A stretch of 63,999 nt of DNA, filler included, from Piptocephalis cylindrospora (lineage: Eukaryota), in NCBI GenBank assembly GCA_003614145.1. It is 8 parts of 8 records of this genome, joined end to end, with 100 filler letters (N's around TTAATTAATTAA, not from the genome) between each part and the next. Parts side by side here need not be neighbours in the genome. Positions count along the whole stretch, not along the records: positions 1 to 8,129 come from KZ988168.1; positions 8,230 to 16,327 come from KZ988169.1; 6 more parts are not named here. The stretch is one strand, 5' to 3'. The position numbers were made by a program, and so were the translations under genes. The notes beneath the pieces are model-generated. The model was given only the letters and a program-made list of their open reading frames with translations, did not search any database and was not told the origin of the DNA. Position 1 is the stretch's first letter. Each line of letters starts with the position of its first letter. Of the stretch, positions 1 through 12,474 are shown in pieces.

Positions 1-398
1 ATTGGTGATGCGTTTCGCCATTCAGTGGCAAATACCGACTGTGATGGTCTGATGACGTCATTGACATATGCCACCTCTCCATTGCTTCCTTCATTATCCT
101 GCTTCCATACCCAGTAGTAGCTTTCAGAATCTGGGCCATGGATAATACCAAGGCCCCTGGCCCCAACGCGGCTTCTTCCAAGTCGTAGATATCTTCGTCG
201 GATATCCACCAGGCCCTCTTCTTCCTCTACCTCTACATCCGGGCCAAATCGAAACAAGAGGAGTAATTTCCATACGTTGATTTGCTGCAAGTATCTCCTT
301 AATATCTGGCATGTCCCAGCACAAGCACATAGCCCTTTGGCATCTAAGCGCTTAAGGATGTTGAAGAGGATATCGGAGGGCAAATCAGTAAGCGACAT
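1..398 (-). CDS. F-box protein with the start of a PP2 (phloem protein 2)-like domain; 3' partial
   Basis: Manual translation from ATG at 398: MSLTDLPSDILFNILKRLDAKGLCACAGTCQILRR (F-box consensus) ... VGARGLGIIHGPDSESYYWVWKQD...GEVAYVNDV. Frame is open to the window edge and absent from the ORF track. Confidence 0.75.
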   Translation of the reverse strand, partial: MSLTDLPSDILFNILKRLDAKGLCACAGTCQILRRYLQQINVWKLLLLFRFGPDVEVEEEEGLVDIRRRYLRLGRSRVGARGLGIIHGPDSESYYWVWKQDNEGSNGEVAYVNDVIRPSQSVFATEWRNASP

Positions 399-588
399 GA
401 TGTGTATGTGGGAGAGAGGAGGGAAGGGAGGGAGTGTGTGGGAGAGTTTGGAACATTAAAAGTAAGACTGATAAATATGAGGAAGCCGAGGTCACCTTGT
501 GAGACTCGACAAGGATATGGCATATCCATGACATCATCAGACCATCACAGTCGGTATTTGCCACTGAATGGCGAAACGCATCACCAAT
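1..588. repeat. 55-bp perfect inverted repeat (1-55 / 534-588)
   Basis: attggtgatgcg...ggtctgatga at 1-55 is the exact reverse complement of 534-588. Confidence 0.9.
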
Positions 589-1181
589 AATGAGTCATTG
601 TATATGCCACTAGAGTAGCCTAGGATCAGTCAGAGAGTAAGGAGAAAAATCCAGGGAGTGGGGCAAAAACGGAATGATTGCATGCTCTATATATATTTGT
701 ATATTTTAGAGGACGATGGGGAGAACAAGCCATCCTATTCACCATTACCACGGTACTGCCGCATAGCAAGTCAGGCAATGCAATCTAATGCGGATGATGA
801 ACAAGAAAAGAACAGAAGGCTCAATTATTATATACATATTGATGTATAGGAATAGTAATATGGCACTGTCAGATAGATTGGGCATCCAGTCAATTTTAAT
901 AATAATAAGGGGATGTTGATTGGTGTGGATAGGGGGCTTATATGCGGCTGGTATGTAATCTAAGGAGTGGCCCAAATGCCTGTATAAACACTTGATTCAT
1001 TCTTACTCTTATCCTTGTTTTCTTGCCCTTGCTCTTGGTCCCCCACCTTTATCCTTGGCTCCTGGCTTTTATTCATCTACTTGCATACCGTTACGTCTTC
1101 TCTTCCCTCCTTTGTTTCTCGTTAGAACGTTATATCCCAGTTTGGTCAAACTCCGGATCCTAAGTCTGACAGGACAAACAC

Positions 1182-2130
1182 ATGTCAAAAGCCGGTACAC
1201 GAAGGAAACCTAGTGCGACTAAACGCGTCCACTTGGCCAAGGTCTCCTTTTCCCCAGGCCAGCTCATTCAGGACACGTCAATTCTTGATGGTATAGTCGT
1301 TGCTGTTTCTCTTTATTATATCTCATTCATATCACCCTCCTCATAGCCATGTTCCGGGGGGCACCCCTGGGAAGGGTGGAATGTCGTAAGGCGCTCGATT
1401 ATCCTATCGGAGATCAGAGTATTCTTTGGACAATCTTGAAGGACAATATGAAGGGTGTGTATGACCAAACGCCGGACGGGTGGAATGAAGAGGACAAACG
1501 ACAAGAGATCTTCCATACAGAGACCTACATCTTACTTGTCCGGGATCCGAAAGAGCAATGCCCGGTAGCATTTCTCTCCTTTCGACTGGATACTGAATGT
1601 ACGATGGGCCCCATGTTGGCTGCTGTCGTATACTGGTAAGGAGAGGGAAGTCAGAGAGGAGATGAACCTCACCAAGAGATCTAACCACCCCACATTTTTC
1701 ATCAGTTACGAGGTTCAAGTGGCCATACCATTCCGTGGTCTCGGTATGGCCACTAGGTTGCTGGGTATGACAAAGGCCATGGCCGTCTCGCTCCACCTGG
1801 ACAAGGTCATGTTAACTGTTTTTAATGGTAGATGCTGCATCATGGCGTACAGGGTATTTTCTCGATGGCTAAATCTTCTGACCTACTAGATAATCAAAAA
1901 GCCATTCAATTGTATCGTCATTTAGGGTAGGTCTCTCATCAACTCAAATATCTTGTTTATACCATACTCATGCACATTCTCATCTCAGGTTCATCGAGGA
2001 TGAAATATCCCCAGGAAGGTGCTTATCGCCATCCGAGGCCCTAGAATACCATTATATTATCATGAGCTGGGAGTGCCCACCTTTACATGAGCCAAGGCCA
2101 GGTCCAAGCCGCTCTAATGAAGTCTCATAG
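1182..2130 (+). CDS. NAT4: N-alpha-acetyltransferase 40 (NatD/Nat4, GNAT), 5 exons
   Basis: Spliced model with introns 1291-1346, 1636-1705, 1828-1889, 1927-1988. Gives NMKGVY..GWNEEDKRQE, VVYCYEVQV..FRGLG, DKVMLTVFNDNQKAIQLYRHLGFIEDEISP, all NAA40 motifs. Confidence 0.85.
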
Positions 2131-2369
2131 GATCAATAGAGGGGGCTATCTAGTCCAACCTTGCTTAAAGTCAAATATTTAGATGTGCATCTGACACATT
2201 TCAGGCCTGATTGTTGAAAACCCGCACTGTATTTTCGAAGATGGATTTTATCTTGGATCTTAAGTCTTCATGTACACTTCAACTTTCCCACACTTTTATT
2301 CTTCATCACCTGTTTTCTTCCTCATTCATTCTTTCACTATTTTGTCTGTTCCCGCCATTACTCTCCACA

Positions 2370-3376
<1,007 letters not shown>

Positions 3377-3566
3377 AGTTAGTGGTCGAGTGTCCACGGT
3401 CCTAAAAAGACCATTCTATCGCTCATCATTATATAGACATTTCAATGATGTTCCATATGTGTTGAACTCGTCCAGCCGATGAAATCCCCTACACGTACTT
3501 CACTCAAAATCCCACTGACTTGCTGTATGTATTGTACTTAAACATCGCCTAACCAATTTATCACAA

Positions 3567-5174
3567 TCAATGCTGGTTCATCCGTTGCATCTCCACCCGT
3601 CTCTCCTCATCCGAATTCCTACTACGTCTTTGGGAGCGATTAGGGCTATAAGGGGATTCAAGTCGTGATGGGGAGGCAAGATAATGACGGGCAATGGTGC
3701 CAGTGGGACTCCTTGGCCCAGGACCATGGGACATGTACGAAGTGGAGGTGTAGGGTGAAGTGGGAGGATAGTGACCAAAGGGAGAGGTGGGGCCCCCACT
3801 GGATGAGATAACCGATCCATCCTCACCACCCTGTTCCCACTGAACATGGTGGGGATGATGGACTGGGTAGGTGGGGGGAGGGGAGTGGGTGGAGGCATTG
3901 GCAGAGTCGGTGGCGAATTGTTGAGCAGACGCCGAGGAGGCCGCGTAAGTTGAGTATGTTTCCTTGGCCACCTCGGGTTCGTCCAGAAGGACGGCCTGGA
4001 TGTCCATGGTGGCTTGGCGTCCACCGGCTACATCAACGGGCCGACTGCCCACACCAAATACCCACCAGAAGAGGTATTTGAAGCCATAGCCGATCTCCCA
4101 GACGAGGTCGGCAGGGTTGAGAGAATCGACCATGGCAGCCCAGGGTCCACGAACCTGGATCTTACCGACCTCTCCACCCTTGCTCTCCACCTTGTACGGG
4201 GTAGCGGGGAAGGCCTTGTGGTGGATGATGGCAAAGGGCACCATCTCAACACACAAGAGGAACGAGGAGATGCCATTGGCAATGGCGTCAGCGGACCAAA
4301 ACTCTGAGGGCTTGATGACGTCAGCAGCTGAGAGCATGCTGATAAGCAGAGCCTGCCAGAAGACGAGGAAAACGATGCCCTTGACGGAGAGGAATTTGAT
4401 GAGGGGCTTGTGTTTGGCGATGTCCTTTTTGATGGTCATGTAGAGCTGGATTAGAGCGTAGAGGGAGATGGTGACACTGATGGTTTGGATGATGGTGAGC
4501 CACAGGTTACCGTGATTGGGATGATAGCTGTCGGGGCAGTAGATACCTGCGGCCTGCATAATCACCGCCAGGATGGTGCAGATGGGCCGAAGGACGACGT
4601 ACTGCATGATGCAATACTTGAGGAACTGGAGGTAATGAGTTGATCCGGCATCGTAATGAAAGCAGCAAAAGGGGAAAGCAACCCGCATGACACGACCCTT
4701 GTAGACAAGCAGAGAGTCCCTTTGCAGGGCCGGAGTATCGGCCAGATACTGTAGGAGGAGGATGAAGAAGGAAGCAATGACAAAAGCCTCGTAGCAATCA
4801 CGGACCAGTTCATAGTAAATGAAGTGGGCGTAGAAGTAGTAGGAGAGCCAAGAGATGATGGCGTAGATTGGGACCATCAGGAGGATTCGAATAATGTATC
4901 TCTGTTGGTTGGGATTGGAGTAGTTGGCCATATGCAAGTAGATGAGTCTTCCCGAGATGAGACAGGCCGTCAGGGCAAAAGATAGGGACACGGCCCATCC
5001 CGCGACGCTAGCTACCAAGAGGGGAGGGGTGAGGGGGAAGGAGAATGAGTGGGGAAAATGGATCAATTAGAGAGGAAATAAAGGGAGAGGGGACGTACTG
5101 GAGACCTCGGAAAAATCACGTCCGTTAGCCAGGACGGCCGCATCACACACATCATCCCCAGTGAATAGACCCAT
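3567..5174 (-). CDS. TMEM184 / organic solute transporter alpha family membrane protein
   Basis: QRYIIRILLMVPIYAI, RDCYEAFVIASF, KFLSVKGIVFLVFWQ, CVEM. A short first exon from ATG 5174 is joined by a GTACGT..TAG intron. Confidence 0.9.
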
Positions 5175-7475
5175 ATGGGATGGAGTTTGTAGGAGAGGAG
5201 GAAGAGGAGGAGAGAATGCAGGGGAGAAAATGGGATGCTAGGTCGCAGCAAGTGCTATTAGCAGGAAATGCAAGAATACAGAAAGGATGGGACGGGGGAG
5301 AGAGGGAGGGGGCGCTTGGGGTACTGGGAGAAAGAAATCGCTCGTTGTTCGGGCTCAACTCTAAAATGTGCCTTGTCCTTTTTATACCACAGGCATCGGT
5401 CCATCCTTACTCCATCTGCTGCCAAGACCTCCGTATGAAGGATGTGTCATGGTTGGTTATTGGTAAGCCAGATGGCCTCCCCTCTCTTCCAGGTACTGCT
5501 GGCTTATCAAACAGAGGAGGGGAGTCCTCGCGTTCTACATCCTGTGTCACATACTAGGGGGGTGAGTTGGCCACCTGCCCAGTGTGCTCCTGCGCTATTG
5601 CTATTGTTACAGTCGGGCGACAAAAGGGTCGGAAGCGAGGGCGGAGGGGTTTGTACAGAGACAACCTCGTTCATCATCGATAGATATCCACCCTAAAAAG
5701 TCATGCGCCAGTAAGCTGTGTGCAGCCATTATGGCACGTTATTTTCTTTTTTTGGAATGTCCCGCCACCTACACATCGGGTGCCATGACATCCACTCGGA
5801 CCTTTCTTCGGATATCACCTCAATTGGCCAGCCAATCCTCAGTTCTGCACTTTGTCCATTGATAGAGTTTTACCCGCCCATGGTGGTTTGATTGTGCATT
5901 TCGGGTAGGACAATGGAGTAATAATGTGACCGAGCCAGGCTATGTACAGACTGCAGGCTAGTGTTGTGTGCGTGTGTGTGTGTGTGTACGCATTGTGTGT
6001 CCCCCAGTATGAAAGAGGGAGTGGGCTGAGCTGTATGGGTTTCGGTAATGGTTGTGCTACTTTGAGCGAAAAAAAGGGCTTATTCTGATGCTCGACAGCA
6101 AAAGAGGTTTCACCTGTCCCTCCTGCATGTATTTGGAGGGAGAATGGACCCAGTCCAACTTTCCCTACCTGCAGCTAGAGGCGCACATTCTCATCATCTG
6201 GGACACAAACAAGGCGCTCTCCTGGCCCCCATGGGGTTATATGGGCATGGATGCTGCTGCACATCATGATGACACTATTCAAGTGTGGAGTGATATTTCG
6301 AGACAAGTCAGATGTGATCGACATAGGGATCTCTTTTTTGGTGAAAACTCCGTCCAAGTCCCTAGGCCCACTGGTGTATTCAAAAAACAGGATAGGCCTT
6401 CCAAGGAGAGAGCACACAATGCTCTGGCTCATGACTCAAGTCAAGTGTCCAAGCATGGATAAGTTCACATAGCGATCACATCACTCATAGGACACTCCTG
6501 TGCACTACCACACCATGAATAGAATAGCAGGCTACTCATGTAGATATATATCGGCCTTAGTGGGGATCATTCGACCCTTTCTTATCGCCCAGGAAGCATG
6601 CACCCGACTCCCCATTCCTTAACATGTACTGTAGTCTTTATACCTTAGGTGAGATGCTTCAAAGAGGCGACACGCTCCCCTCCCCTCCCATCATATGTCC
6701 TATCAGGTGATGCGTCAAGAGAGAATGGTGGGCATAACTTCCTTCCGAGAGAGACAAGATCACTCGCCCAATCTGGGGAATACTCCCAGGAGCTGAATTT
6801 GAAGTTGGACGTCCGATCTTCGTGTGCTCTTCTCATCCTGTCTCCCCAGGCTACATATTGACTCACCTAGAGACCAATGTTCCGTCGGAGTGTGAGAGAG
6901 AGGCTGGGAGATATGAACGGTCACGCCTCATAGCCATCTCATACAGCCCACCCACCAGATTACTTGCTCGCCTATGAAATCCTCGAACTCCCGCTCCCTT
7001 CCCCCTGTCCGCATCATATTTGGGGCCCCGATCCTTCACCCCATGTTCATCTTGTCTCCCTCTTACCTACCCCTACCTTTCTTTTCAGGTGCGTAGTATC
7101 AAGGGAGGATGCGGCGTGTGTGTGTGTGTGTATGTGTGTGATGAAGATACTGGTTACTATTTAAGGGCTACCGCTGATGATCTAGGTTCCCTCGGTTATT
7201 TCAGGGACTCTTCACGTTCCTTCTCCCTCTTTTTCCTTTTCCAGCTCTCTAACAACAACAATAACAACACATAATACTTCATTCACACCTCTTCCTTTCT
7301 CCTCCTCTCTTTCTCTCGTTGAATAGATATGCCCTTTCTTCAGCAATTCCGAATCATCGCTTGGGTCTCCCTGGTCGTCTTCACCGCCCTTTACCTCTCC
7401 CGGCACCTTTCGGTCCTGAGGCCTCTCACTAAAGCCTCGATGGTTGATCTGATTGTAGGAATTCGGATGAGGAGA

Positions 7476-8078
7476 GACGGGTGGAATGAAGAGGACAAAC
7501 GACAAGAGATCTTCCATACAGAGACCTACATCTTACTTGTCCGGGATCCGAAAGAGCAATGCCCGGTAGCATTTCTCTCCTTTCGACTGGATACTGAATG
7601 TACGATGGGCCCCATGTTGGCTGCTGTCGTATACTGGTAAGGAGAGGGAAGTCAGAGAGGAGATGAACCTCACCAAGAGATCTAACCACCCCACATTTTT
7701 CATCAGTTACGAGGTTCAAGTGGCCATACCATTCCGTGGTCTCGGTATGGCCACTAGGTTGCTGGGTATGACAAAGGCCATGGCCGTCTCGCTCCACCTG
7801 GACAAGGTCATGTTAACTGTTTTTAATGGTAGATGCTGCATCATGGCGTACAGGGTATTTTCTCGATGGCTAAATCTTCTGACCTACTAGATAATCAAAA
7901 AGCCATTCAATTGTATCGTCATTTAGGGTAGGTCTCTCATCAACTCAAATATCTTGTTTATACCATACTCATGCACATTCTCATCTCAGGTTCATCGAGG
8001 ATGAAATATCCCCAGGAAGGTGCTTATCGCCATCCGAGGCCCTAGAATACCATTATATTATCATGAGCTGGGAGTGCC
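7476..8078 (+). repeat. 603-bp exact duplicate of NAT4 internal segment 1475-2077, probably chimeric
   Basis: Identical sequence including introns at offset 6001. Both flanks are inverted copies of other parts of contig 1. Confidence 0.9.
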
Positions 8079-8129
8079 AGATATTAAGGAGATACTTGCA
8101 GCAAATCAACGTATGGAAATTACTCCTCT

Positions 8130-8229
8130 NNNNNNNNNNNNNNNNNNNNNNNNNNNNNNNNNNNNNNNNNNNNTTAATTAATTAANNNNNNNNNNNNNNN
8201 NNNNNNNNNNNNNNNNNNNNNNNNNNNNN
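8130..8229. other. Artificial contig spacer N44-TTAATTAATTAA-N44 (also 16328-16427, 24516-24615, 32694-32793, 40868-40967, 48997-49096, 57107-57206)
   Basis: Identical 100-bp linker with stops in all six frames. Contig lengths decrease: 8098, 8088, 8078, 8074, 8029, 8010. Confidence 0.98.
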
Positions 8230-8606
8230 GGCGAGTGTGGAGATTCCAATGACCCCCAAGGCCTGCTTATGGACCTGAAACTCCTCCAAGAAGCTACTCT
8301 CTCCACCCTGGTGGGAAGTGGCAAAGTGCAAACGAAGTTTCCCTGCCTTGAATTGGTGATTGGAGAACATAGCTATTATTAGGAGGTGAGAAAGTGAGCA
8401 GGAGACGAGTTGTATCTAGGTAGGAAAGGAGGCATACGGTTGGAGGTGGAGACATCGGGGATAATATCAGCAAGTTTAATCGCATCGTTCCTTGCAATAA
8501 GACGCGAATAGCGTCGAAAGGTCTCCTTTGGGATAGGGCCGACAGGGACAAGCAAGACCCTGACCCTTCCTGGATCGGTCAAGTTGGTGGATAGTTGGTG
8601 ATTCAT
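8230..8606 (-). CDS. TRS120: TRAPPII subunit Trs120/TRAPPC9, N-terminal part, truncated by contig end
   Basis: PGRVRVLLVPVGPIPKETFRRY..IKLADI.PD, intron, FSNHQFKAGKLRLHF..LEEFQVHKQALGVIGI. Confidence 0.8.
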
Positions 8607-9238
8607 CCCACTTGGAGGGGGCACCTAGGTTATAGGGAAGAAAAAGGGGATATAGGGAGAGGCTAGAGAGGGTGACTCCACCAGTGAGGTCTTCGGATGG
8701 TTGGGAAGGATGGAGGAAAGATGAGATAGAGTGAGGATAGGATGGGCTAGAGGAAGGAAGAGTCAAGCGTAGGAGTCTGAACGATGCACAAGTCCAGCGA
8801 CTTGTCGGTGTGAATGCATTGCCCCAGCATGCGCCCCCTATGGAGAAGGGTGGGTGGTAGGACGCGGTAAGGATCGGAGTGTGAAATGAGGCTGAACGGC
8901 GCATCATCTTTCCATTGGTGGGCATGGGTTGGAGCATGCGGATCATTGGGCATATTCTCCAGGGATGGATACGCAATTACTGATTGCTGTTTATCGTTAA
9001 ACCACTGTTTGACTCCTGAGCGATATAGAAAATCATTCCTTCATGGCACTTTAATAGAGATTGATATTCACAAAGATTGCCCTAGCACCAACGCGATTTT
9101 ACCTGATCAATGAAGAGAACACTGGTACCTCCTGTCGGGATACGTATGCCTCGTTAACCTAAGCCCAATGATCCTTTCTTATGGCACCCATTCAATACTC
9201 CCACACCCTGCGATAGTGTATAGGAGAGTATAGGACAC

Positions 9239-10991
9239 TTAATCCAAAGGCTCCTGCTCTGGTAGCTGCTCAGTGGAGGGAGAGGATGATTCATTGGTGA
9301 CATCCTCTTTAATTTCTCGGCGACTAAGCATGTCATGGATGGTGTGCGAGTAAGGGTAAATTAGGCAAAGGGAATCTTATGTACTCCTCGTGAAAACAAA
9401 AAAGCGCTCTAGGAACTTACCAAACAGGGCATGATGCATGCTGAAGGAGCCAGGGACGAATACAGACATCGTGATACTGATGATGACAGCCCTCGAGTTG
9501 GCGAACGCGCTCCTCAGGGAGAAAATCGTCCTTGCAGACAGCACAGTCAGGTAGGAGACCTTGGGCAGTAGTGTCAAGATCAAGTTGGATGGTGTGCCAG
9601 GGGATACGGTCAATCCTTTCCTCACTGACACCACTGGACCGAGAGGAAGAGGAGGCCTGATCCATAATCTGAGATATGATGTCATCCAGACTTGCCCCAT
9701 CCGTCACATAATCCCCCCATTGACCGGTGTGGGGAGAGGCCATCATGCTCTGAAGGAGATTAGAGATGGCATCGGCAAAGTTCCCGTCCTGCTGAGAGCT
9801 GTAGATGAACGTGCGAGGCTGACCATCAAGCCCGCCAAAAAGCCCTGTTCCATAAGCTCTGAACTCAGGCATGGGTTGGGTATTGGTGGAAGAAGAGGGG
9901 GCGTCTCTGGAAGGGGCATCCTGGCCGGATCCTGAGCGGCTCGGAGAAGTGCCCCAGAGACCAGCGGCACTGAAGAGACTCTCCATCAGGCTGGCCACAG
10001 CGGGTCTTTGGGGAGGTGGTGGATCTGAAGAAGAAGAAGTGGCCCCATGAGTAGAGTGTGCCCTGTCATTGTCAGAATCATCATTCGAGGGCCTTTGAGG
10101 ATGGGAGGACTCTGTAGAGGAAGTGGAGATATTCTCATAGACATTTCCGGTGACCGGGACAAAGTGTCGATCCGATCGATCCCTCCTCCATCGGCCCCCA
10201 CGATTACCCACCCCAACACGTCCTCGAGGAGATGATCCTGGTGAGGGAGAGGAGTCCGAGGATGAGGGCTGGGCCCGAGAGCGATTGAGCTGACTATCCA
10301 GCCCAAGATCTAAGCAAATGTACCTAACCATATCATTGGTATTGGTGAGCTGCTCTGGTCTTTGGTGCCTACCCCACTCCTCCTCCTCCTCCCCATCAGT
10401 CGATGAAGTCCATGCGTTGGGGATGGGTAGGTGTAAAGGGATCAATCCATCTTCAGATGAGGGGTGGTCTGGTAACTCACGACCGGTGGAGTAATGCTCT
10501 CGGAAAAGTTGATGAAAGAGACGGGTCATGATGCGATTTTGCTCATCCGTTGTTGAGGAGGAGGAAGAAGAAGGTCCTTGATGAGCCTGCGTTTCCATTG
10601 CTGCAGAAGATAAAGGTTGCATGATCCCTGTCCTGCAAGAAGAGCAGGCCCTAGAAGAGGTGGGAGCTGGCTCGACGACGCTACAATTCGAGCAGATATC
10701 GTATGGGGGATCGGCGCCCTCTTGGGGAAAGGGAAGGTACTCAAGAGAGTCCGAGGTACATTGGCGACAAGTGGCGTCAGATCGAAAGGGAGCGACATAC
10801 CGAGTTTGACATACCGGGCAATGGTACATTTGTCTCAGAGGAAGGGCCTGAGATCGAGTGCTCTTCAAGCATGTGGCCTGACAGTAAGGGCACATTTCTC
10901 TGCTTCTCTCGGTGTACCTCTTGCATTCTGGGCAATACGCCACTGGAGCCGAGTGAATGGATACTAAAGGAGTGTTCCCCATTTCGGGCAT
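9239..10991 (-). CDS. RNF115/RNF126-like RING-H2 E3 ubiquitin ligase with N-terminal zinc ribbons
   Basis: GDYV..SLDDIISQIM, CAVCKDDF..LEGCHHQYHDVCIRPWLLQHASCPVC(R). A terminal exon follows an intron at about 9420. Confidence 0.85.
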
Positions 10992-11619
10992 GATCAGAGC
11001 TAATGGTGGGAAGGGGGTGACAAGACGTGCGAAAGTCGCTGGAGTGGTAGGGCTGGCCTATGTAGGTGGTGGATGGTCTTTATCCTCAGTTCACGATGAT
11101 GCCAACGTGCAAGGAAGGGGTAGTAACGGTAAGGAGGGAAGTGAGTGGAAAAAGGAGCCTAGAAAGGGATAGTTGGAGGAGGATCAAGTGATGAATAAAG
11201 GAAAAATGACTAGGCTATGCCGGAGTGAGCACGGAAGGTTAGAGATTTCAATGTGTCTCAAGAATGACGGGCCAGGGGCGTCAGTGGCTGCTGCCAAGGG
11301 AGAGGAGAGGCCAGTGTGCAAGAGTGGTGCTTGACTGACACCATATGCCCAAATCAGACCACCACATGTATTCTCCCACACCTGCACACACACATGCACA
11401 CATACACACATACACACATATACACATATACACATATACACATACATGCCTTTTCCAAGGTTAGAGACAAGCCAACTTCAGACTCGGGCGCCTTGACTCC
11501 TGTGTACGCGACAGAACAACGAGCACAGGCATAAGTGATTGACTACAGTATCCACTGTCTCTTGTCCACTCACTCCCTCTCTTTGACCTACATATCCTCA
11601 CTGGCATACTCTTGTCCTG

Positions 11620-12360
11620 ATGCTTCCAGCAACCGATCCACCCAAGACACCAGACCGGATAAGGGGAAAATCACCGATGCCGACAGCAGTGTTGACCCTG
11701 GCTGGAGGAGACCAGAAGGAGGAGCGAGAGATGGGCACTCAATGGGGAAGGAAGAAGGAAGAGATGCGGGCCTCGCAAGAGAGCCTGGATAAAGGCAAGG
11801 CCTTTGGAGTGTCCCTGCGCCCGGTGACTAGAAGCGCGACGTTGAGTCCTAGTCGGTCCACCGATGCCGCCTTCCATGCCTTGGACCACGGTCTGTACCC
11901 ACGGGAAAAGGCCTCTCTAGCCTCCCCATTTCACTCATCCTTTGACCAATCCACGTCTACGCAAAGCGGGTCCTCTACCCCCGACTCCAATCCTTCCTCC
12001 CCCAGCCCCCCTCCGATACCTCAGAGGAAGCCCGTGAAGGGCAAAGGCGCTGAAGAAAGCCCCACCGTCTCCTCCTTGATGGATCGACTACCACAGGGCC
12101 ATCGACAACGGTACATGGGAGCCTTTCGTCAGTTTCATCCCTCATACCCCGACACGCCCATCCCCGCATACGTGGTAAGGCAGGTATGGGAGGCCAGTCA
12201 ATTGGAGACCGCCACTCTGGCCCGTATCTGGGCTTTTGTTCACCAGGGACAAGCTGATGGGGTTTTGGATAAGAAGGGCTGGAGCGTGGGTCTATGGCTG
12301 ATCGATGAGCATCTAGCCGGCCATCCTTACCCCATCCCTGATGGTGGTGTTGGGAAGTAA
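11620..12360 (+). CDS. EH-domain protein (Irs4/Tax4-like C-terminus) with low-complexity N-terminus
   Basis: QRYMGAF..IPAYVVRQVWEASQLETATLARIWAFV...GVLDKKGWSVGLWLIDEHLAG matches an EH fold. The start is uncertain. Confidence 0.65.
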   Translation: MLPATDPPKTPDRIRGKSPMPTAVLTLAGGDQKEEREMGTQWGRKKEEMRASQESLDKGKAFGVSLRPVTRSATLSPSRSTDAAFHALDHGLYPREKASLASPFHSSFDQSTSTQSGSSTPDSNPSSPSPPPIPQRKPVKGKGAEESPTVSSLMDRLPQGHRQRYMGAFRQFHPSYPDTPIPAYVVRQVWEASQLETATLARIWAFVHQGQADGVLDKKGWSVGLWLIDEHLAGHPYPIPDGGVGK

Positions 12361-12474
12361 ATGTACTGCTATTCACACATACACACGCATGCACATACAT
12401 GCATGCATCCTCACTGTCGGATGTATTGCCATGGAATGAGCCAGAGAGGAAAGTAACAGATGCATATACCTTGC

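Noticed and set aside
7329..7640. Signal-anchor plus acetyltransferase fusion ORF
   Set aside because: Created by the chimeric junction at 7455-7484.
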